A DNA stretch of 64,000 nt from the NCBI RefSeq assembly GCF_009914755.1, contig NC_060939.1; one strand, 5' to 3'. This DNA is from the human T2T-CHM13v2.0 reference genome, Homo sapiens. Under the pieces are notes generated by a model, which had not been told where the DNA came from, did not search any database, and was given only the letters and a program-made list of their open reading frames with translations. Position numbers and translations under genes: made by a program. Below are positions 53,165 through 64,000 of this stretch, piece after piece (the stretch's first letter is position 1; every line of letters begins with the position of its first letter).

Positions 53165-53325
53165 AAAGAGTCAGGTGTGAAATACTATCTCACCCCTTAA
53201 CTAGCTGTGTGACTTTAAACAAGTCATTAGGCTTCTCTGAGCCTCAGTTTTCTTGGCAGGAAGAACAAAGGGCTCAGACTCAATGACCTGCAAATGATTC
53301 TGACTCAAAGACTCTATGAGTCCTG
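53165..53325 (+). mobile_element. MIR-family SINE
   Basis: 'actagctgtgtgactttaaacaagtcattaggcttctctgagcctcagtttt'. Confidence 0.8.
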
Positions 53326-56300
53326 TAATCTGAGTACCACTCATATGCCAAGTACTAGGCTAAGTTCTAACACCCCTCCTGTCCCCTATAAAAAAAATGT
53401 TCAAAATCAGGTAAATTTCAAATGCCTGTAATAGAAAGATCAAGGGCTGGGGCCAACAGCTGGAGTAAGTCTAGTTCAGGGTTGAAGTAAGGACTTCATT
53501 ATGTCTCTGCACCCAAATGTCAGCCTGTTTAACATGATAATTGCATCTATCACTGAAACTTTATCATATGCTTTGGACCCCTCACGTGGCTGGTACTACG
53601 GTAGGCTCTGCTAGGTGATTAACTATCAGAAATTACCCAAGATAGCTGCCCACATGTCTGGAGTACTTATTGCAACATTTGCCCACCATAAACTCTTAGT
53701 GATTGCAGCTGATTGACAGAATTAATAGAGATAATAAATATTTTAGGACTCCCATATTCTTCAACTACCTTGAAGTAAGACATAAAAATCCAGCATAATT
53801 TAAGCCTAAAATCTAAAACGAAATAATGCAAAGTGAAAATAATAATTTCATTTAAAAAAGCTTGTCTCCAAGAACATTAAGCACTTTCATATCTTCAGGG
53901 GCCACTAAAATGTATTGATTGAGAATGCAGGAGAAAACCTCTGTTTTTACAAAAAGTTTTGAAGTAGGAAATTTTAGTGAAAAGAATTGCGTGTACTTCT
54001 AGGAAATCTCATCATGATCTCAGTGTAATAGCCATTTGCAAAAGAGCCCTGAACTGAGTCCATGCCAGGGAGCATTATTGGAAAATGGCCCACTGCAGCT
54101 ACTTCCTGGAATTCCTCTTCGTGCTTCAGCAGCTAGCTTGGTAGGCACTGGGCACCAAACAGAGGCACAGCATCTTACAGAGCATGGGGAAACTCATTCC
54201 AGGATGACACAGTTTGTGATTTGTGACTTGAGCCTTGAAACAGGCAGAAGACAACAGCTCACGTTACCCAAATCATGAGATAAGCCTTAAAAAAAAAGTA
54301 CAACTAAAAGTGGCCATGGAAAAAAAAGACTGAGGTAATTATGGCAAGTATTTATTCCAAACAGCCACAATTTTATAGTGGGAGTTCAGGGATGTATAGA
54401 AAAACTAATACAGCCTCTGTTCTCATGAGCCTGCCCAGCACTTTCCAACCTGCATTCCATGGCATTGTAGTATTTCTGAGGGAATTACATAATTGCCTGA
54501 TTCAAATTTTCTTTTTAAAAGATAGTTATAATTAATTATTTGTTTTAAGCAATTGTTTAGCTACTGTTAAATAATTGTGATTAAAAATGCAAATCTTGTG
54601 TATTAAATTTAATAAACTTGGAAACCATAAACACATTGACTGACTTTATGCTCTCAAACAACAGTTTTTGTGCAGATTCAAGATTAATCTCTGTGCTTAT
54701 ATTTATGAATGTATCATTGATTAGAGAGCGAGAGTGTGTGTGTGTTTAATGTTAGTACTTAGCAATTTTGTTCATGTAAAATTCTGTATGCAAGTGCTAT
54801 GGAAGTACTCTTTCTGCTTTCTTCTCAATCAAAATATTTTCACTACAATGTAACCAAAGCAATATACTAAAATGAAGTAGATCTTGAGACCAAAAGTTTA
54901 TATGACTGTCATCCATCTACCTTAATTTCAAATCTCATAATTCATCAAAATATTTACTATGTAAATTATTGGAAAATTAAACAATTAAGGTAAGAGTTTT
55001 CTCTGTTTTGCCAGTTGTTTCATTTTTACAAAATGTTCAGATGCTTATGAAAGTTTTAAAACAGCAATTTGGATTCTTTCTTAAACAATAAAATGAATCT
55101 AGTCATTGGTAAAAATTAGAAAGTTCTGTGCTTTACATAGGAGATGGAAGATGGAAGTTACTGATGAACCTTAGCATTAATTTTCTGACATTTTGCAAAT
55201 TTTCAATTATTGCTGTGTAGAAGATCCCATATGAAGATGAAAAAATCCTAACTCACTTCGCAGAGCAGAAATTATTTTGAAATACATTTCTGCTATTATG
55301 CAACAACATGTATGGAGACAGCACACAGCTCTTACCTCTGGCAATAAGAAATGGAAAATTTTGGAGCTTGTGATCTAAAATTGTACTTTATATTAGAAAA
55401 ATTCCATAAAGATTTACTTGACTTTTTCCATGTCTAGATTTGAGAAAAGGAATTAATAATTTTGAATTACTGCTATACATTAAAATAATAGATTAAAACA
55501 TTTAAAATTTTATAATTATGGCTTGTGAATTTGAGAAGACGAGGATTGGGCAAGGAGGACAGGGAAAGTGAGACTATATTCAATGCAACTCTGAAGGGAA
55601 ACCTGCCAATTGTAATATATAAAATGACTTATGATGCCTTCACCCTCTTCATACAGTTGTTATAACTGGAGCATCTAAGTGCTTTGTACCATTAGTCACT
55701 CCTGTATTGCAGTTTCATTCTTACATTTTGTAGTACCTTTTATACTTGTGATTTATGCCTACAGAATAACTAGGAAAACCATATATGTTTTACATACAGA
55801 TTCCAGAAAGAGACAACTCGGCTAAGTAAAGTTATTTTTTAAATCCAGTTCTGTAATGGTGTTACAGGACACGTGGTTTTCCAGTAAAACCTACTCCTGT
55901 AGTTCCACTTTCCCTGCATAGACTTCTTCCAGGGCTGTACTGCTTTCTTAAGCTATATCATGGTGGAATCCTATCCTTCATAATGTTTTGGAGAAGGCTG
56001 AGGGTGGCGCCTGCACAATTTGATTTGGTGTAAAAATACACACCAAATCTGATTTCTGTTACATTAAGGCATTCTCTGACAAAATATACAGAACAAGAAA
56101 TGAAGTGAATTGTGTTTTAGAAAAATCTTATGGGCTTGTTTCCCCGAATACCTGACCGCTAATTTAAAAAAAAGAATCAAAAACCCACTTTAATTGAATA
56201 TTTAATAGATGATTTAATGGTCAAGTTAAGATACATTTTAACTGCTAAATATAAAAATGATTTGTGTTTGCTTACTGGAAATATTTGTAATATAAACTAA

Positions 56301-58564
56301 CATATATAATAAACTAATATTTAAAGCAAATTTACCATGAAGAAATGCAATGACTATTTTCAATTTATAAACATCGTACATTCATCAAACTATATTTTTG
56401 ACTAATAGTTGGCTTTTATAATATTAATATCATAACAGTGGATTGCCATTAACAGTAGAGATAGTTTAACTCATTTTTAAAATGGGCAATATATTTTACT
56501 TTAAAATGAACCACTGGAAATATAAAAATGATAATATTCTCCTATGGAAAGGCCCAAATGTAGCTAGAGTAAAATATATCATTTTTTATAAATAAATGAG
56601 TTTACTGTCTTGTAAATTCCATCCTCTACATAATGCCTCATGAAATAGGGTGATTTACAGAAAAGAACCTGGGATTGGCAAATAGGATGGGGCATATAAT
56701 CCAGTCTAGTGCCATTCTCCAACAAGTTGTATCATCATAGTAAAGCTATGCAAGTGTACTGTACCTTAGTGTTCCTCTCAATAAAGTGGGCCAAGAATTA
56801 CTTCATTTGATGTATGAAAAAAGAAACAAAAAAGATATGCTAAAATTTTTTCAAAAGTAACCTGTTGTATACGTAGAAAAGGCATGCTAATCATTTGAAA
56901 ATAACTCATCTAATTTGTTTTAGTATCTAAAAATAGTGGTAAAATAGATATTCCAGGGTCCTGAAATTGCTGTTTCTTCACAGTACATTCTGAATAAACT
57001 TTAGTTCATTTGGAAAACTTGAAATATGAAGTCCCTGAGGAAATTCTGAAAACTCCTTTGCATTCCTCAGCATTAAACACAAACCACTATGGTGTCTGAT
57101 GTTACCACCTGGAGACCTCTTGATATTTTTACCACAGGGAAAAAAAAGTGTATCAAAACATTTCTTTTTCTTCTAGCATTATAGGAATCCCAGACATAGG
57201 GCAATAAATATGTTACTGATACCCACAGGTGAGCAGGCAATTCTGCCCTGTGTTACAGGTACTTTGTCATCACCTTCTGAAACACTGTTTCACAGTGCAG
57301 GGTATGTTATATAAAAAATAAATGATGCTGCCAAATTTCAGCAGTTGGAAAGAAACATAAGTCAATGGCATAAGGGAAGTAGGTGATGTAATGACTCTAG
57401 AATTAAGTAGATGGCTTGAAGAGATGGATCATGAGGTTTAACCTTTGAAATTATTCATTGAATATTAATATAAACACAAGGAAAAGCACACTTCTAAGTT
57501 GCTTTGTTAAAATTCTATTGATTAAATCAAATTTTTTTAAATGACAGAGATAATATATCCTATTCCTGGAAAATGTCTAAGAACAAACACCTAATAATCT
57601 GGTCTTACTTAATGTTTCAGTTAAGGATGTTTGTAGAGAAGGAGGTTAATAATGTCTACATAATTACACAAAAAAGGAAAGGGAAAAATTGACAATGAAA
57701 CCCAAACTTGTCAATAAATGGTAAACGATTACAGATGAATAAAAGGAGATGAAAAATCGGACCAAATATTAACTTATACAAATTGGAAAAGATTTAAAAA
57801 CTGATTCAAAGAGGATGGGTGATTGAGATAATGACCAACCATAAAGAAAGAGAAATAACCTCAAATGGGCATGAAGAACCACAGCAACTCAGAAGGTGTT
57901 ACTAATGAGATTTGAAATTTGATGATCCTAATGGGCATTTGGTGTTGTTTGGTCTAAAAGCAAGGAGGCAAGCTTTCCCTCCCCTATGTAATGTCAACAA
58001 AATTTCTTACTCCATGTAGGACATGGAGCACTAATGGTTCATCTAAACAAGCTACATTTATGAAGGCAGAAAAAAATTATAAAACAATTTAAAAAATTAA
58101 GAAAAAATACTGCTCTACAAATAAAACACTAAATAGATACTTGGACAAAATTTGGACACAGGGTTTCTTTGCACCTCCTGCTTTTGTCAGTTTCTGCTTT
58201 GCACTGAAAGTGTCTTGCATCTCTTAAAATAATTTTAATGGTCTCTCTCTTTCAGAAAAAAGCTCCACAGCAGAACCTTTTCATTCCAGGTATCTCACCT
58301 TCTGAACCCAGCTTGGAGTATCCCCATTCCCATGTCCTGCCCACACCAAAATCATCCCATCTCCTGACCATGCCATACTGCCCTGCCTTGGTATCTGTCC
58401 CCATGTTATTCCCTTTGCCTCAAATGCCCTTCTTGCATCAAGCCCTTTCCAACTAGTGTCAGTTGGGTCTCACCAGAAGCAGATGTTAGATGAAATTAGA
58501 AATGCAAATGTTTATTGGGAAGTAACACCTGTGAAAGAAAAAGGGCAAAAGCAGGGTTGCGTAA

Positions 58565-59233
58565 ATTGTGAACTTTAATATCTCATTCACCTCCCCTAAA
58601 AATCATTTACTCTTCCTCTAAAAGTGCCTACATCCCCCACTTCTCTCACCCCTATGAATAAGGATATATAAGTTTTTAAATATTATTGGGTGTATTAGTC
58701 TATTTTCACACTGCTATAAAGAAATACCCGAGACTGGGTAATTTATAAAGGAAAGAGGTTTAATTGACTCATAGTTCTGCAAGGCTGGGGAGGCCTCAGG
58801 AAACTCACAAACATGGCAGAAAGTGAAGGGGAAGCAGGCACCTTCTTTACAAGGCGGCAGGAGAGAGAAGCGCAAGCAGGGGAAATGCCAGATGCTTACA
58901 AAACCATCAGATCTCATGACAACTCCCTCACTATCATGAGAACAGCATGGAGGAAACCGCCCCTGTGATCCAATCACCTCCCTCTCTTGACACGTGGGAA
59001 TTACAGATCCCTCCCTCAGCACGTGGGGATTACAGTTAGAGATGAGATTTGGGTGGGGACACAGAGTCAAACCATATAATTGGGCTATTGGGTACTCACT
59101 TTCCTGTGATGCCCCCATGCATATAATAAATTGGTATGCCTTTTCTCCTGTTAATTTGTCTACCGTCTGTCTATTTCAGCAGACTCACTTATCAAAGCTC
59201 CAAAGGGTACAGAGAAGTTTCTCTTACCCCTTC
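58565..59233 (+). mobile_element. MER34/MER39-like ERV1 LTR fragment, interrupted by THE1
   Basis: TATA-like 'gatatataag', 'aataaattggtatgccttttctcctgttaat', end 'agtttctcttaccccttca'. Confidence 0.7.
58691..59079 (-). mobile_element. THE1 (THE1D-like) MaLR solo LTR
   Basis: 'tgtattagtc...gagactgggtaatttataaaggaaagaggtttaattgactca...gggacacagagtcaaaccatat'; 5-bp TSD TTGGG (58686-58690, 59080-59084). Confidence 0.93.
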
Positions 59234-60542
59234 AGGCTCTATCAGCCTAACAGAAACTCTAAAGCAAAGAATGCCTGTGAAAGGAGGTCAATATGGGCCA
59301 GAAATGGTGAGGCCCTGGTATCACCATCATGCTCAGCCATCGTCCCAAGAAGAGTGTGATCTCTGCTCCAACGCTGGGTCAGATATTAAAGGCACTAACA
59401 ACTGGAAGCTGTCAGATAGCCATATTCCTCACATCTGGGAAAGGAGTCCTCTCTTTAAGAGGGATTTTAGCAGTACGTCTCTTCATGTCTGCCACAAAAT
59501 TATTCTCCAACACACATGTGAATGTCTATTCCTATGTGAAGCCTCTAAAATTCATTCCCAGGCAGTTGGTGGCTCTCTATGCCTTTACAGTAATGTGAAT
59601 GTTAATTTCTCATACCACACTGTGTCCTCACTATTTTTACAACCTTTTGGAAAGTAGAAACCACATCATATTCTTCTCAGATTTCAAGTACATAGCTTGG
59701 GAAACAGAGCACCTAATAAAATATATTCAAAAGAGGTAGAGTGATTTGATGGCTGGACTTACCAGCTGGACAACAGACCAGACTGGTTATTGTCTATTCT
59801 GGTCCAGAGATACTAAGAGATATACCTCATGTATGTGAAAGTGAAAGGGTATTAAGAGTTCTCAAAAACTGATTTCAATGTACTTTAAATACTAATGGAC
59901 TATTGGACTTTAAGGATAACATGTATCAACAATTAGCATGTTGTAAGCCAAAGTTTTGAAATTATGTTCCCAATCATAAATCTAATCACCATCATAAGTA
60001 GATTACATGAACCTATCTGTGTATCTCTTTCCAACCATTATTCTCACTTCTAGTTTTCTCTTTCAATTTACAGATTGGGTAACAGTCCATCTAATTTTAA
60101 AATTCTAAGATGTACTGTGTTTATTCTGTACTGTAAAATAATTTAATTTCAGTTGTAAATTTTAGAGTTTTCTTTGATGACCTTTTTAGGCAAGGCTTAG
60201 TAGTTCAGTAACATATACTCTTCATTTAATCAGCCAGCAATATTTACTCTCTGCTAAGCCCAAAGCTAAGCTGTGAGGACATAAAGATGAAAGTGAATGA
60301 ATAGGATAAGAAGCCCCTTTTCTAATGGTGGAGACAGAATGGCTGATGATTTACTACATGGACTGGGAAGTGCTATAATACCTAAAGGGTACACAAGGGA
60401 AAAAGCAAACATGGGAGAGAAAGAAAAGGAACTTCTTGAGTTAGTGTGACTTTCTCTTTTGGTTTCATCTCCTTCTGAACTTTTTTAAAGGGGAGCGGGA
60501 CAGAAACAAAGTCCTTAAGAATGTCTAGAATCCCTTTCTCTA

Positions 60543-61222
60543 AGGCAGTTCTCGGTAGGGTTGGTACTGCCCCCTAGGGGGAGGCTTTGGAAACTGCCCA
60601 AGTGAGGGACTGGGTTTCTCAATGATTGTAGAGACACTTTATTGGCATTCAGCGGTCAGGCACCAGAGATGCCAGATGGCCTGCAATGCTTAGGAACGCC
60701 TTTCACAGTGAATAACTGTCCTGCTTGGTTTTCAAATATTCCACTGGTCATTCATGAAAAGAAAAGCTTTGTGTGTAATTTCCCAAGTCCAGAACATAAC
60801 TTTGTTTTACATATAACTATGGAGGAATCTTTCAAGGCTTTTAACATACTTTGAATTTTCTAAGAAGGCCACTACCCTGTATATTAAGGAATGGCCACAT
60901 TTTGCTACTATTGTCCAGTGCCAAGAAAATCCATTTTAGATACCCACATCACTGACAGAATCACCACACACACAGATATATGCATCAATAGCAGTGGTCT
61001 TATGTATACCACAGCATGTTATATAACAGTATGTTACTATATCTTTCAGTGTAGTCATGCCCAGGATTTTGCACATAATACTTTACTATAAGTTACTTAC
61101 CATTTATTTTTCCTTTAAATGTTATATAAATGATGTATGTAGGTAGGTTATAATGCTTATGAATTTCATTTTAAGATTTTCAAGGGAGCATTACAAAATA
61201 TTGGCTAGGATTGAGAGCACTG
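60543..61222 (+). mobile_element. MER20B hAT-Charlie DNA transposon
   Basis: 'gtactgccccctaggggg', 'gtgtagtcatgccca', 'gtaggtaggttata...tatgaatttcattt...cattacaaaatatt', end 'ttgagagcactg'. Confidence 0.8.
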
Positions 61223-61784
61223 AGATCCACTACGATTACTTTTTTTAAAATTTCAAGACTGACCTCATTCTAATGAGAAGAAACATGTGAGGCTGGAAGT
61301 TTATATAGACCATGTTCTTAGGCATATTCAGTTACCAAAGAGTGTTTTTACATTGTCCCTAGATTGGCAGGGCTGCCTGGCTGGAGGACAGATATTCTGC
61401 ACAAATATACATAAAGGGCCCATGCTCATCTGTAGCAGGTAAAAGAAAGAACTAACAACTCTCCTTTGAATTGTCTTCATTCCTTGTAGCTTATTCTCAG
61501 GGGGTTGAAAATGAAGTACTCTGCCTTGGTTTTGCCTTCAAATACTTGTCAGCATTAATTTTTCCTGGTGGTTCTCTAGACAGATATATTGCTCTTGAAC
61601 AAAGTAGATAAATTTGAAGCAATGCCCCTGGATTAACACTTTAGAAGAAAACCATCATCCTTATAATCACCATTTCCATTCTCTTTCTAGTACAGACAAT
61701 TAACATATTATTTAGCATTTCTTTCATTCTGCCTTGGACCAGAGTTCTTTGATAGATGTCTGTCATTGTCATTTATTACACATC

Positions 61785-62000
61785 CACTCACTCAGGCAAC
61801 AAACATTTAATGAGCACCCATCATACACCATGTGGTCCATTTGCTGCTAGGAGCACAAGATTAATAAGTTCCAACTTTTGCCCTCAAGGAGTTCGCAGAG
61901 TTGGGAAAGAAAGGCAAATAAATAAGCAATTAGAGTGCCAGGTAATATACAGTATTTTAGAAGGTTATAAAAGGAGTGTAGAAAGTAATATAAATGAAAA
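61785..62000 (-). mobile_element. L2 tail
   Basis: 'caacaaacatttaatgagcaccca...tgccctcaaggagttcgcag'. Confidence 0.7.
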
Positions 62001-62974
62001 TGTCAGCACCTAACATTGAACCTTAGACATAGTAAGTGCTTAATAAGAAATGTTTCGAGTTATTCAAATTGTTCCAAGGCTGAAAATTGGGCAGATAAAT
62101 TGAAGAGTTAAAATGGAAGGATAAGGCTCCAGCTAGCAAGATGACTGACATTCTGATGGGAATGGGATATTCCAAGGGCACTGGGACAAATGGATAATTT
62201 TTCCTTCAGCCACCATTTCTCTAGCAATTGCCACATACTAGACACTGTGCTATCTGCTGAGAAGACAAAGCTCTCTAAATCAGTTGTTTTTCTCTAAAGG
62301 AATTTAGTCCCTCTATTTACCAAAATTGTTTTTAGAACTATGAATACATATCCATATTGGCTGACAGAATTGCATTTGATGGAGGAACTAATGTCACACA
62401 AATTCCCAGGCTCAGAAGTAGAATGAATCATTAGTGGAGGCTGACCCAAGCCAGCCATGTTGCAAAGAGGGCTCTGTGTCAGCAGCATGGGGGCTACTGT
62501 AAGAGACCAGGAATGAGCCAGAAGTCCATAGGGAGGTGATGAGTCAGAACACAATATGTGAATCCAAATACTGAGGAAACAATGTTTGAGGCAGCGGCTC
62601 CTTAGAAACTTCTGTGGATAAACTGTAACTGAATAAGGAGTGAGGTAAGTTTCAGGCAAGGCTCAGGTCTCTAAAAATATCAAACTGAAATCAGATCATG
62701 ACAAAGTGAGCAGTCAAGAGTGAAATAACTATCACTAACAGAGTCTTCTGGGGGGTTACAAACTAGATTCATTCATATGACTATTTTTAATTTCCTGTGA
62801 GCTTGCTGTGTGTACATCTCATGGTCCTAGGATGGTGACTCTCAGATAACACGAATTTCAGTTTGTATTCAAGACTTTGTCTGGATGCTAAAGAATAGCA
62901 ATCGGCTGGTTTCCCTCCACTGCTCCTTCTTTTACTAATTAGGAATTGGCTGAATCTTCAGTACAAACTATCTC

Positions 62975-63100
62975 ACTTTCCATCCATTCACCCATCCACT
63001 CAATAAACACTTATTAACAGCTTCTAAGTAAGAGATCATTTTAGGTGATGGGAGGAAAAAAGATAAATAGACCTGATCCCTGTCCTTGAAGGGTCAGTGT
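62975..63100 (-). mobile_element. L2 tail
   Basis: 'catccactcaataaacacttatt...agacctgatccctgtccttgaag'. Confidence 0.6.
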
Positions 63101-64000
63101 CGGGAGGTCAGTCTCAGCTTCGGAAACAATAGTGCAAAACACATTGACTTCAGTGACAGAATCTAGATCACTTTTTGTCAATAATTTAAATGGGTATGCA
63201 GACAATCATAGATAAAGTGGTGCCTGCACGACTGTTACCAAAGAAATATTTAACTCAATTCCTCGATCAGACCATCTCTGGGCAGAGCCAGGCTGGCATT
63301 CTGACTGCTCATGAGGAAAAAAGATGATGAAATATTCCAGTTTTTCATATGCCAAGATGAAAATCATCAATCTCAATCTCCGTGAAAGATAAAACTACTT
63401 TTAGAAAAGAGCAGTGAACTCTTATCAGTCTTTCTAAGGTGATGCAATCTTTAAGATGATACAGAGAGGGCAGAAACAGTAAAGAAGTTTAGAAGAATGT
63501 ATATGGGCAAAAGGGAAATGATGAAATTTCTCTCTCAATTTTATAAGGAGCTAAAAATAAGATGGGATATATTTTAAACCTAAATGACTACAATGCTTTT
63601 TGAAAAGTAGGTAATGTATTCTAGGTGCTAAATTATTTATTTGCTTATCATATACAAATTTGTCTTTAACACATGAATACCTTGATATTTAAATGAGATT
63701 GTCTATTAGATAATTAAAATTAATCTACACAAATGAAGTTTTAAATTTCTTCCACTTTTTCCCCTGTACCCCCAACGCTTATTCCTTTCAACTCGTATGT
63801 GTATGCCAAATCTTGTACATTTTTAGCATTTACCAGATGGCTTTTTCGGTTCCCAAAAGGAACCTTTTAAATTTTTAAGCAATAAAACTTATATTTCTGT
63901 TAATTCATATTCCAAATAAAAGTCTTCAATATTAATTACATCTTTATTGGAATAACTTACAATGCTACACCCCAGCTTTGCAGAGACTGCATATTCAGTA

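Larger units (their letters stand above)
58457..59495 (-). mobile_element. LTR16-like ERVL solo LTR, interrupted
   Basis: Left 'tgtcagttgggtctcaccagaagcaga...tttattgggaagtaacacctgtga'; right end 'catgtctgccaca' is the reverse complement of a TGTGGCAGAC start. Confidence 0.7.
58200..59735 (+). mobile_element. L2 3' region split by nested LTRs (pieces ~58200-58455 and ~59500-59735)
   Basis: Left 'catgttattccctttgcctcaaatgcccttc'; right tail 'gcacctaataaaatatattca'. Confidence 0.5.

Noticed and set aside
58714-59657. ORFs of 134, 121, 173 and 89 aa
   Set aside because: They cross boundaries of unrelated LTRs; no gag, pol or env similarity.

Overview
AT-rich, CpG-poor primate (human-like) genomic DNA, intergenic or deep intronic. 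I recognise no host protein-coding exon, rRNA, tRNA or CRISPR array and cannot name the locus. The dominant feature is a full-length ~6.04-kb L1PA2-type LINE-1 (14219-20268, +) nested in an ancient same-strand L1M. Its ORF1 has two CGA>TGA stops and its ORF2 has a frameshift, a short internal duplication and a late W>stop, but the 5'UTR, the antisense ORF0 and separate EN and RT reading frames remain open. The rest is a mosaic of older repeats (L1MA/L1PA/L1ME fragments, two AluS, MIRs, L2s, L3, MER5/MER20B/MER58A/MER63A, MLT1, and a four-layer L2>LTR16>MER34>THE1 nest) plus unique stretches with enhancer-, promoter- or exon-like motifs. The most notable non-routine observations are a perfect 42-bp inverted repeat (3734-3824), a possible in-frame ORF0-to-cryptic-exon fusion, an ~85-bp templated duplication next to an L1MA, and a CCAAT/GC/CACCC/TATA/donor promoter-like cassette. 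Repeat subfamily calls are from recalled consensus sequences; boundaries of old repeats are approximate. I found no convincing new multi-gene system.
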